A stretch of 60,919 nt of DNA, the filler included, from Sanchytrium tribonematis (taxonomy: Eukaryota): assembly GCA_018985235.1 (NCBI GenBank). It is 7 parts of 7 records of this genome, joined end to end, with 100 filler letters (N's around TTAATTAATTAA, not from the genome) between each part and the next. Parts side by side here need not be neighbours in the genome. Positions count along the whole stretch, not along the records: positions 26,303 to 34,894 come from JADGIG010000369.1; positions 34,995 to 43,573 come from JADGIG010000370.1; positions 43,674 to 52,249 come from JADGIG010000371.1; 4 more parts are not named here. One strand, written 5' to 3'. Of the stretch, positions 32,587-43,674 are shown in pieces. The first letter of the stretch is position 1. The number at the start of each line of letters is the position of its first letter. The notes under the pieces are model-generated. The model was not told where the DNA came from, ran no database searches, and was given only the letters and a program-made list of their open reading frames with translations. A program made the translations under genes and the position numbers.

Positions 32587-34344
32587 ATGTTGTTTGCATT
32601 GTTGTGTGTATTTGGGGCATTATCTGAAAGAGAAAAACAGTTTCTAGCAATAGGCACCTATGGAATAGTGAAGCACAACAATATTGCACGTATGTACAAA
32701 TTAATATTTAATAATCCTGATTTCAAACCAAATACATTATTGTCTTCACAATTAGAGCCAACGTGGCCAGTGAATGTGTTATTTTATGCGGCAGAATGGA
32801 TTGAAGATAAAAATAGAACACCCAAAGATGTAAATCGTGTTTGTACAAACATTTTTGAGGCATTTAAACAAATGGGTCAGTATTTTACTCAAAATGGTGT
32901 TTATTATGACATAATGATCCAATTATATGAAAATGTCAAAACAGCATCAGTCGTTATTCCACAATTGTTGAGGGATTTCGCAGCAACATTCTTTGTCTAC
33001 AGAAATGCATTTAAAAAAGAACAAATACTTTCAATCAATCGGCTATTTAGTGACTATGGATTTGAAAATGAAGCCAGCCACTATACAAGTCAACTACAGC
33101 TAGTTAATCTAGGTGACGATTTCGCTGATCATTTTAAACAATCGTCCATCACCAGATGGTATCCAGAATATTTCAGTGCTGCTAGACTATGTGGAAGTAC
33201 AGATTATAGATTCGTCGATTATACCAAAAGTATGATTTACCTTCCAAAATTTTACAAAAATGTGTACGATTCTAATTATCACTATACGAAAGTGGTTCAT
33301 GCAGAACCTGCTTGGATGGTAAATGCACTGTATTATTTGGGGAAATATAATAATGAATTGGGAAATCAATATAAATATTCTGATCTGATTTTGCGCAAAT
33401 TGGCCAGTTATGATCGATCATTTACTCAAAATGGGGTATATACTGGAATTATGAGTGAAATGTTTGATAAATTAAGTGAGAAACGAGGCTGGTTTCAATT
33501 CAGAAAGCGACCTCTTATTCTCCAATTATTAATAGATTTTGCATTCACTTTCTTTGCATACAGACCAAATAGTTATGATAAACAAGTAGATGCAATTACA
33601 AGAATAACAGATAAATATGGAATGCAAGGGATTGCTGAGAAATGGATTGAATTATTGTCAACTAGTTTTTATGATCCATACATAAGTCGTTTTACAAGTG
33701 AATTTGTTAACTCATTCTATCCTAAGGAATTTAGAGGTGTGCAATTACTGAATGGTAATCCGCAAATGACTGCAAAGAGCTTATCAGTTTCCAAGATTGA
33801 TGTGGAAAAGAGGTACATTCGATTTTTGAGTGAAGCTAAAATTGAAACAGAAAACTTTATTACTTTAGAAGCACTCTCTCCAGCAAATTCATTAAGAGCG
33901 TGTGCTAAATATATTGCTTCAAAGGTGGAATTAAAGCAGAAAATCGAATCCTCTAATTTAGAACACGATGAAATTTACAATTTGGAACACGATATTGAAA
34001 AATGTAGCATTGTAATTGATTCATTTAAAGACTTGGATTACATGTTTACACAAAATGGGGTGTATTACAAAATTATGAGACTCATATTTGATAAAGTGAA
34101 ATAAGAATGTATGGAAAGTGGCAATTATGATAAATTATTGAATATATTGAATGAATTCTCAAATATGTTCTTTTTAAATAGACCGCAAAGTAAAGTTGAG
34201 CAAGGGGTTCTTTATTTGATATTGGAAAGATACGACTTAGATAATGTGGCACCCAAGTTAATCGCAGATTTACCAGACATATTCCATGATGTATATGCAC
34301 CCTATTTTAAAAATGCAGATAAAACTCATTTGATAGAAATTTGA
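32587..34344 (+). CDS. Secreted protein with three internal repeats (FTQNGVY..IM), one in-frame TAA at 34102-34104
   Basis: Signal MLFALLCVFG. The third repeat continues in frame past the TAA (LLNILNEFSNMFFLNRP vs LLIDFAFTFFAYRP). The final TGA sits in TGAATAAAT. Confidence 0.75.
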
Positions 34345-34413
34345 ATAAATCTAATTTGAATCTGTTTCACCAAAACCCCTCTTCATTTTAGATCACAATG
34401 ACACGGATCAAAC

Positions 34414-34797
34414 ATGGGATTTTTTGAAAATTCAATGGGCAATTTAAAAACAGGAAGAACAACAGGACTCGCTAAAACATGTGCATTAATTGGATTTGGA
34501 TTCGCATTGGCAGCCATCATTTTAGGATTCATATTTGGATCTATTGGCTATTCCATTGCGGGATTAATTGTATTAATCATTGGATTATTTATGGAATTTG
34601 GAATGAATCGAATTGAACAAACTGAGAAATATCGAGATATTATCAGATCTATTTGGTATTTGATTTCTGCGATTATTTATTTTAGTTTGCCTGCTGTTTG
34701 GAATGGATTGTATATTGTGGGTGGAATCTTTCATTTATTAACTTGTATCTTTTATATTGTGGGATGGAAATTTGGAGGAACTACGAGTAATGTTTAA
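34414..34797 (+). CDS. Small four-TM membrane protein
   Basis: Four hydrophobic helices in 127 aa; AATAAAT shortly after the stop. Confidence 0.75.
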   Translation: MGFFENSMGNLKTGRTTGLAKTCALIGFGFALAAIILGFIFGSIGYSIAGLIVLIIGLFMEFGMNRIEQTEKYRDIIRSIWYLISAIIYFSLPAVWNGLYIVGGIFHLLTCIFYIVGWKFGGTTSNV

Positions 34798-36244
34798 GAA
34801 TGAATAAATTTATTGAGTTTGAATTTTATCAGGATACCACGCAATGATATCTGGTCTATGGAAATAATCCAATCCATTTCTCAGCAATCCCTTGNNNNNN
34901 NNNNNNNNNNNNNNNNNNNNNNNNNNNNNNNNNNNNNNTTAATTAATTAANNNNNNNNNNNNNNNNNNNNNNNNNNNNNNNNNNNNNNNNNNNNTGACGC
35001 AGGGTGGCCTGCTGAAAGTGATTAATTTATTTATTCAATTCAACCAATGTGTGCAACCATATGGAATGCTTTTACTAGTATTTGAATGGCGTAACCCGGG
35101 GATTTATTACCGTTTGGTATTTTTCTCTCATGGATGATGCAAAATCCACTTAAATTTTGAACCACTTTAAAAAAAATTCCCAAAATTTAAATATTGTTTC
35201 AAATTAAGAATTGTGAATGTGCATTCCCAATGTGGGAATCGCGTCCGCACGAAACGTGTTTTGTACAAGGGGCTCCCAAAACACGTGAGTAACGGCTTTC
35301 CCGCAATAAGATAATTTGAGTACTACTTATTTTAAGATATTTTTTTAAGTTCAAATTCAGTTGAAGAAATGGTTTTTACATAGGTTGCCGGGTAGTTCAA
35401 CTTATCATATGTCAATCGAGGCTTGCTTGATAGGCCTATTGTGTGTTGTGATTGTGTGTTATTAAAATTTGATTGGATAGAGGTGTATATAAAGAGAAAA
35501 GAAGTTGATTTGCAAATAAATAAAACTGCGAACATTCATTTGTTAAATTCAGATTCTTGGTTGTAAACTCTTTGCTTGATAAATTTTCGATCGTTGCATA
35601 CTGAATTTTTCTTACAAATGACGTGTTAGTAAATTGCTAACAGATACATTGATGACGTTTCTCATACACTGACTACACGGAATTAATCGCCTACCCGTTA
35701 CCAAGTTGTAGCTGTAAGGGTTCTACTCCTACCAAACAATCGCGACTCTCGTAAAACGGTCCTTCAGCTTCTTCCGACCACCCTGAATCGATGCTAGATG
35801 TCTTATCAATAGTAATCATACTATTACATTTATCTAAGTCACCTAATTGAATTCTACCACTATCATCGTCTCCGATTGACTCAATGAAAAAGATCAGATT
35901 TGTGAAAACATATTTTTAAATAGCTAATTAAAGTTCCTACTATCTTCTAGTAACTTCCATCGATCTTCTGATTGGCTAAAATAAGTCTCTGTACCTGATT
36001 ACAAGGGTTACTGTATTATACAAAAGACAAATGTCCCCAATCAATGTCATGCATGTGACATGTTCAATCTGCTTCTGATGATTGGGAACATTACCGAAAT
36101 CAGGAGCAGATACTATAGAGATTAGTCTAGGACAGTCGTTCAGAAGTAGAATTTACCAGATATTGAGAAAATGCGACTTTATGCACGCGCGAAACACGTA
36201 AAGAGATTTCTACACATAGAAAAATCAATTCCAACGAACCGTCA

Positions 36245-36550
36245 AACTCAGATTGGAGAGCAGCAGTGGTGCTGATTCCAAAACCTGATGGTCAAGTGAG
36301 ATTTTGTGTCAACTACAAGCCACTTAATAAGCATACAAAATTTGATGCTTATCCACTTTCTAACTTACAAGCTTTATTGCACAGTTTACATAGCGCTAGA
36401 TACTTCATTGTACTAGATCTTAAATCAGGATATTGTTATGGTAAACATGTCACCATATTTACAGATTACGGAAATCTAAAATGGCCGAACAAGAACAAAC
36501 CGGTAGATTGACTAGATGGGTTTGAAAACTACAGCAATACTATCTAACAA
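36245..36550 (+). pseudogene. Gypsy RT/RNase H remnant
   Basis: VVLIPKPDGQVRFCVNYKPLN..TKFDAYPL...LDLKSGY fused to an RNase H tail (TIFTDY..LKW). Confidence 0.75.
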
Positions 36551-36671
36551 TATCCTACATGACACTGCTTAATGTAAACCAAGTCTCTGGTCAAACAAAT
36601 TAAACTAGGTAATCTTGTCCATTTGTGATTGGGTACAAACCAAAGTAACTCACCCTTTCGTTTCACATGAC

Positions 36672-36898
36672 TGATCTTTCTAAATCTCAAAAGCGTAACT
36701 TGAGAAAAATCTGCTCAAAATTGTACTCTGCGCATATCCGACGCATCATTGAACATTTAACCAACTTTGAGCGAGATTGCAATTGATCTTTTGTTGATAA
36801 AACAGAGGATGTGAAACGAATTGTTAAAAATGTTATTGAAGACAAAACTGCCGCGAAAAAGGAGATGGAACATGAATTTATTGTTTCCCGATGTGAGG
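36672..36898 (+). repeat. Dispersed degenerate repeat, homologous to the reverse complement of 54307-54527
   Basis: Shared blocks: gatctttct..aaaagcg.aacttgaga.aaatc.gctcaaaattg.actctgcgcatat; aaacagaggatgt; caaaactgccgc; tgaatttattgtttc.cgatgt.agga. Confidence 0.8.
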
Positions 36899-37699
36899 AA
36901 ATGGATTCGATGATCCGCATTTTAACAAACCAAGACCATTCTTTACATCATTTATTAACTACTTCTGAGTTTGATTAAAATAAATACAATTTAATGTTTC
37001 TTCCCCTTTCGGTTTTATGCAAGTTGGAGGGATGTCAACAACATGTTGATTCTTGATTGGTTCCTCCTTGCTTTAAAGTGGAAATATTATTAGGTTTCGG
37101 ATCCTTTGTAATGCTTGAGATTACATAGATAGAAGCAGATCCCCAGAAGAGAACGAAGACAGATTATGAATAAACATTTTATTAAATCTCCCTCAAACAC
37201 AATTAACTCAACCCCTCTGGGTGATGATGTGAACAATTTTTGTCCAGTTATTGTTGTATATTTCAATAAATGCAATATTCACATCCGCAGCAAAGGCCTC
37301 TTTATTTTTAAATTCTACCAATCCTAGACAAACCGGTTTGTTCTCCACTTACTTCAAAAAACAAGCGTAAATACTAAAGAAATGATTGTTTTGATTCACT
37401 ATTTCTTCTATTTTGGCTCAGGGGTAAAATATCGCTTTTTTAGAAACAATTGCCATTTGAAATTTATAAAGTAGTATTTGGAACATGTGAAGAACATGAA
37501 GTTGGGGAAGGTAAGGAAGGCCTCGGTATTTGTACATTGTTTATAACAGACCCTAAGCTGTAGCAGTGGATGTTCTAATCCGGTATATCATTTTAAAATA
37601 CACAAAAATTATCAAAAATTTTAGCTCTCTTCTTTTTAACGTTGGTATTATTCATAAATAATTAAATTTTGAGAAGGATAAAATTAGAGAAAGTGTCGT

Positions 37700-39920
37700 A
37701 GATGACATAGATAAAGGGATTGGAGACGCTGCTGATGGTGTAATTAAGAATGGATCCAATGGACAGCAGCGTCTCACAAAATCGTCTCAACTCGTCGCGC
37801 CGGCTTCAACATAAATAGCGGCAGCATCTTTAAAAAATACTTTAGAAATCATACCTCAAGTTGGACAAGTGGCGTTAAGTACACCACATAACTACATGCA
37901 AGCAGTACAATTAGCAAAAATTGCAGAAAATGCCTTTGGATATAATGGACAAGGGTTATAAGGCAGACAGCGTAGGCGAAATGTTAGAGATAAAAAAGTA
38001 CACAAACCCAAAGTGGACAAGGGTTATAAGGCAGACAGCGTAGGCGAATTTTTAGAGATGAAAAAGTACACAAACCCAAAGTACAGACTACAAATACTTC
38101 ATCACATCCAAAAGAAGGTGATCGCTAAATTGTTTGCACCAATTGTGCAAAAAAAGGGCATTTAACAGACAAATGCTATAAAATAATTGGATATCCCTCA
38201 TCGTGGAGAGATAAAAATACTAGAAATCAAACGCATGACCCTATGGATGTGGATGCAATTGTGAAAAACGATATTGCAGAAATTGCAAAAAATGTGAAAA
38301 TCATTCCAACTAAATCCACTTTTTCTGGGGTTAGTGGCTCCCCAATTGCAATCATTGGAAAAGTGAGTAATATTGATCGGACTCTCACCATCATTATCTA
38401 GGGATTTAGACCTATTTGTTGTGGAGAATTTAAAACATCGAATGTTAATTGGTGTCGATATTGTGATTCATTGTCAAATGCAACTTGAATTGACATCTAA
38501 TACCATTAGAAGAATGCATGGTTTTTCGTATTTCTATGACTCGTCTGAGGCCATTCCATATTTGGAAATGGATGACCCCAAAATGGATATTTTAGAGACC
38601 GATTTCAGTAATGAGGAAGTGTGTGAGTGATACTGAAAAAGTTATCAGTGCTGTAAAAGCTTCTTCTATGTCCCAAAAAGGAAAGAAAGAATTAATGAAT
38701 ATTTTGAAATTTTATTTTAAAAATCCATAAAATCAAAACCCAATTATATCAAGGGGTACTTCTTTAAAAACGATTTGATTAAGCCTGTCGTACCCAAAAT
38801 TGTTAAACCTTACCCCGGTGCCCTATAAACTACTCCAAAAAGCCCAGGACAAGATCGCAAAAATGGTAAAAGAGGGAATTTGACAAAAGTTTCAAGTGCA
38901 TCTTATACACACCCTGGTTTATTTGCAGTCAAATGGTGAATCACGGTTGCTTATATATGCAGTTTACCTCAACCAAATTTTGTCCCGAAGAGCAGTCTAC
39001 ATACCGAGAATTGATGAACTACTTTATAAGGTTTGCAGAAATATGTTTTTTACAGCATTGGATCAGACTGGTGCGTACAACCAGTTAAGGCTAGACCCTG
39101 TTTTGCGAAATATATATGTGTAGTATTCCCCTAGGGTACTTACAAATATAATCGCATGCCACAAGGACTTAAAACATCCGTTGAGGCGTTTCAGGGAGTT
39201 ATGATAGGCCTTTTCGGACATTTGTCTTTTGTATTAATATATCTGGATGATATTCTAATACTCAGCCGCACTGAAGAAGAACATATTCCCCAATTTTAAG
39301 AAGTTTTTACGATTTTAGAGGATAATTACATCCGAATTAATATAAAAAAATCAAAATTTGGGAAAATGGAGCTAAAATATCTTGGATTTATTTTAACTCA
39401 GTCAGGAATTAAGCCAAATCCCGCTAAAATCTGTAATATTTTAGCATTGCCACGGCTAGCCAATGTTTCCGATCTCCGTAGCCAATTAGGCATGTTAAAT
39501 TTCTTTCGTAGATTCATTCCACAGTGTGCTTCGTTACTTGCTCTCCTTTCACAATTGACTCGCAAAAGAAACGGTTTCAATTGGACAATTGAATTGCAGG
39601 ATCGACTCGATGAATGTAAAAAATTATTAGCAACAAGGACCCTTTTGGTCTATCCGGATTTCAACAAGGCTTTTCATTTGTATTGTGACGCTAGTGATTA
39701 CGGTTTAGGTGTTCGCGTCTTCCCATATGACGATGCAAACATCCCAAATCCAATTTATTTTTAAATTTAATCCCACTCAATTGCATAAAGAAGCACTGGC
39801 AGTTATTTCTATCCTTCAACCAAACCCTAAAGGTAAGCCCAAATCATGCGCCAGTAGGATTTTAGAGTCATCCAGCCATCATTACATCTATTTGATCGGC
39901 TTCAGTACTTGAAAGTACAG
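37700..39920 (+). mobile_element. Decayed Ty3/Gypsy element (gag knuckle, protease, RT, RNase H)
   Basis: CTNCAKKGHLTDKCY (~38133), IPRIDELL, LDQTGAYNQL, MPQGLK, YLDDILI (~39240), LKYLGF, LYCDASDYGLG; many stops and frameshifts. Confidence 0.85.
37946..38081 (+). repeat. Tandem duplication, 2 x 68 bp
   Basis: tggacaagggttataaggcagacagcgtaggcgaa...aaaaagtacacaaacccaaag occurs twice with few mismatches. Confidence 0.9.
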
Positions 39921-40039
39921 TTAAGCAAAGCAGTGGATTGACCAAGTCAACGAAGATGAACAATCTAATTTTTATGGGTTATTTGCCAACATTTTTTATT
40001 GGTTTCAGATGTTTGGGCTAATATTAAAACACAGCATCT

Positions 40040-40893
40040 TGTTACTTTCGTAGCTGTATTTCCCAAAAAAAAATTAAACCTGTTTTAATTAAAACAATAG
40101 ATACTACAGGTATATCACAAACCGCGGAACTGCAAAGGATATTGAAGATGTTTTATTAGAAATTGGGATTCGCAAAGTAGTGGGCGTTGTAACAGATAAC
40201 GCGGCCAATATGCAAGCAGCATGGCGTATCATTGAAAATAAATATATTGGCCTCATCTGTAATGGATGTGGTGCCCATTCTTTGAACTTGCTTGTCAAGA
40301 ATATTTGCAATATGGAACAATACAGTGGAACAATTGAACTAGCAAAGAGTATTACAAGATTTATAAATCGACTAGGATCAGTGAAGAAACGATTTCAAAT
40401 AATTCAGAAAAATATGTGACTTAGGTGAAAATAAAGTCAAAACAAGGAATACAATACATCGTTGAAACCCGTTGGTATTCACACTACGGCTGTATTGAAA
40501 TGGTTTTAAATAATAAGAAAGTGCTACAATAATTGAAGGACTCTGGTTTAGTTCTAGGAATGAGTGGAAAAAACAAAAACATAAATTAAAAACAATTGAA
40601 AACTATTTTAAAGCCTACATCTGTGCATATTGGTATCGCTAATTAATTTAGGAAAATTTGAATCCGAAATTTGTGATCTAGCAGATGTTTATGATTCTTT
40701 TCTAAATTTAAAAGATGCTTCGAAAAACCATGAAACATTAATCAAGTTGTTACATCAAAGATGGGCATTTTTACACACCGAATCCATGGGATTTGCTTAC
40801 TTTTTAAATCCAAAAACTGGTGCTGGTAATACCGTACAGTGTACGGTACACTTTCAAACCCTAGTGAGAACAGACTTGATAAAGTCTATCTAG
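40040..40893 (+). pseudogene. hAT-superfamily transposase remnant
   Basis: VVTDNAANMQAAW, CxxH motif (GCGAHSLNLLVK), ETRWYS, AYFLNP; broken frames. Confidence 0.8.
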
Positions 40894-41361
40894 ATCCATA
40901 TAAAATATTATAAGTTTTCCCAGATTCTAATATTTTACTGATACAAAGAAATGACATTAGCAAAAACAAATTCCAAACCAGCCTTGTTTAAGTCTTATAA
41001 ACAGAATAGCAGAGTATCATAAACTTCACAGAAATTACTCATTAACAGCTCAAGGATCTACTCAAATTGATCCCTCTTTAATAAAAAACATCTTTCTTTG
41101 AGACACCGGTCATATCAGTTGGTGAATTGGGTCACTTCTGCACTAGGTTGCTTTTTGACTGGTGCAGTTAAATAAGGTGCCGAAATTTGTGGATTCGCAC
41201 GTTTAGATTTAAACCAAAAAATGATCATTAAGAACAAAAACTATTAAATCAGCTCTTCAATATCTTCATATTTATCATACGAACCACAAATTTGTTAGGT
41301 AATGATTTTGAGGGAAAAAATCGCTTCCAATTTATTTTTCCATTAAATGCAAATCTGTGTC

Positions 41362-41922
41362 TATTGATGACGGTTTAGACTAAGTCAAGTCAAGTCAAGT
41401 CGGAAAATAAATAACTGCCTTAAGTCGAGTCTGACTTGACTTGACTTCAGTCGCTAACTGAGACATTTTTAAGTCGAATTTTTTGACGACTTTTATTGGT
41501 TAATATTGAGCTTTTATTAATTGTTTTTAGCTGTATCATCGTCAGAATGACCTAAACGCTATCTGTTTGTGAATAAGAGTGACAATAAAAAACTACTGTT
41601 TAAAATAATTTAAATAGATAAAATTCAAGACTTTTGAGCTTGTGAAAATTTTAAATCAGAATTAGGGTGTCTTTTAGCTTCAACTTATTAAAATTAAAAC
41701 CCTAATAAAATCAAATACATATACAACGAATAAGAATTAAAAATTTGGAATTTTTGGGAATTTTCAGTAAAATATGATCAATTTATAGGTCTATTTTAAA
41801 TTGACTCCAGCTAGCGACTAAGTCAAGTTAAGTCAAGTCGAAAATTTAAGAGTCTGCCTTAAGTCTAGACAGACTTGACTCGACTCGACTTTTGACATTT
41901 TTAGTCTAAACCGTCATGCTTA
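41362..41922. mobile_element. Non-autonomous hAT-type MITE
   Basis: 17-bp perfect inverted core ATGACGGTTTAGACTAA (41367-41383 / 41901-41917); both ends start TA; 8-bp TSD TCTGTGTC (41354-41361 / 41923-41930); subterminal AAGTC/GACTT arrays. Confidence 0.88.
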
Positions 41923-42050
41923 TCTGTGTCACCTGAAAAAAGCTTTGACAAATCTACTGGAACAATAATTTGTCTAAGATCTAGATGAATTTCTTGGGTA
42001 TACTCATGGAAAACCAAAGACTTACAATTTAAACAAAATTATCAATACAA

Positions 42051-42656
42051 TTATTCATTAATGAAAAGAAATTTATCTCGAATTCCGAAGAATTTGTTGT
42101 GTGCCATTTCAACTCCATTGAAATCAACTTCGAGTTTAAAAGAGTTTAGTTTCTCTTTCCAACCTTCGAAATTGATTCTCAATTCATAAATCCAAATATA
42201 GCAAGACCTCAAATAATCTGAAGAATTTTTGGCATAAACTGCCTCAAGTATTTCTGAATCACTGTGGCCATAGTTTCCATTAAAATTAATGTAAATTTCC
42301 CTATAAAAAAGTTTTGCCAGCAATTCTACTTGTCCATGCAATTGAATCTTATTGTTTTCCAAATCGATGACTTTTAAAGTTTGAAACTCATTTGCAATAA
42401 TTTGAATAAATGGTAGATCTTCTGCTAGCAAAGTACCATTAGGAAGGTTTAAATAAACAAGATTCACTAAGCCTGCTTGATATAAGCTTTTCGAAATCGT
42501 GTCCCTCAGCTCGTCACAATAAACATTTCGAGAATCCTTTAGTAATGGTATATTCAACTTTGATGAATGTACTTTACCATCTAGATCCACTACCAGACCC
42601 CCTTCAAGTATTTTTAGGACGGGGGAATCATCACTTGAATGCAATTGATTTACCAA
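42051..42656 (-). CDS. Hypothetical protein with short LRR-like segment; start unclear, possibly a pseudogene
   Basis: LVYLNLPNGTL...LKVIDLENNKI; no in-frame ATG start. Confidence 0.45.
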   Translation of the reverse strand: MVNQLHSSDDSPVLKILEGGLVVDLDGKVHSSKLNIPLLKDSRNVYCDELRDTISKSLYQAGLVNLVYLNLPNGTLLAEDLPFIQIIANEFQTLKVIDLENNKIQLHGQVELLAKLFYREIYINFNGNYGHSDSEILEAVYAKNSSDYLRSCYIWIYELRINFEGWKEKLNSFKLEVDFNGVEMAHNKFFGIRDKFLFINE

Positions 42657-43095
42657 TGCAATTATTTTAATTAAATGATTTTTTAAAGGTGAACTACGTT
42701 CAACTGCATCAATTCAGAGTATTGTTTAAATTTTAGTAAGGTCATGAACTTTCCGTAAGACATGTCTCACTTTTCCTCCCTTCAAATTAAATCACTGATA
42801 AATTAAACTTGCTCCGGCGATCAAAAAGTAAACTCTGGTATGCGGAAAAGAGATTTTGAATGGGTGCTCAATAAGTTGACTTTTGTATTGAGCAGTAAAA
42901 TTCAAAATCTGTATAAATTTAACAGCTATCAACAGAACATGCTATATTAAATAGGAATAAAATCAAATCAAAATTTTAACTGATGCTTAATTGCCTACTT
43001 TTTGTCCCTATCATTGGACATTGATCTAGCTTAATGTAACTTTTAAAAATCAGTAAATTTATTTTTACCATACTTAATTGTACGTAACACGTCTT

Positions 43096-43461
43096 TCAAG
43101 AGTTGGATGGAGAAATTGCAGCCCTTGTCTGTTGCTGCACCGAATTGGCTTGCTGTTGAAGTTTTCCAGATTGCTCGGAAGACACTGGCGGTATTTGTAA
43201 ATTTGGTAATTGATTGCGATCGGCACCATTTTGAGCAGTCGTGATATTTGGTAGCTCGGGTTTATGTTGTTTGTCTTTACCTAATAAATGCTGTATTCCA
43301 ACAGTAAGTAAAGGCGCTAGCACCAATAGTGAACTGGCTGAAATCACCCATCCCATTGCAGCATTAGCATGATTGGCTAAATCTGCGTTTCTCACTTTTG
43401 TCAACAATCCATTGGGGTGTGGAATTGGACTACAAATTACAACAAAGATATAAAACAACAT
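43096..43461 (-). CDS. Small secreted/membrane protein
   Basis: ATG at 43461 gives MLFYIFVVICSPIP; second hydrophobic segment; Q-rich tail. Confidence 0.6.
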   Translation of the reverse strand: MLFYIFVVICSPIPHPNGLLTKVRNADLANHANAAMGWVISASSLLVLAPLLTVGIQHLLGKDKQHKPELPNITTAQNGADRNQLPNLQIPPVSSEQSGKLQQQANSVQQQTRAAISPSNS

Positions 43462-43674
43462 TGTCACTACGGGGAAACATGGATTCAAAAATGTGTCTAA
43501 GTAACACAAGAAAATTTGTCCCTCTTGTGCTACGTTGCACTGCCAACATTTCAAGACTCAAAATTTATTACTTNNNNNNNNNNNNNNNNNNNNNNNNNNN
43601 NNNNNNNNNNNNNNNNNTTAATTAATTAANNNNNNNNNNNNNNNNNNNNNNNNNNNNNNNNNNNNNNNNNNNNA

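Noticed and set aside
3010..34104. Genome-wide stop-codon reassignment (as in some aphelids or ciliates)
   Set aside because: Long conserved ORFs (CHS, DHR1, actinin, Gag-Pol) have no in-frame stops, and TAA, TAG and TGA all end genes. Internal stops are rare, of mixed type and limited to surface or TE genes.
34096..34118. Intron removing the TAA at 34102
   Set aside because: Available GT-AG pairs give 10 or 23 nt, which do not preserve the frame and do not match the GTAT/ATTNA consensus.
34995..36240. Possible ncRNA or tRNA in the long non-coding stretch
   Set aside because: Only short hairpins; no cloverleaf, snRNA or rRNA signature that I can recognise by eye.
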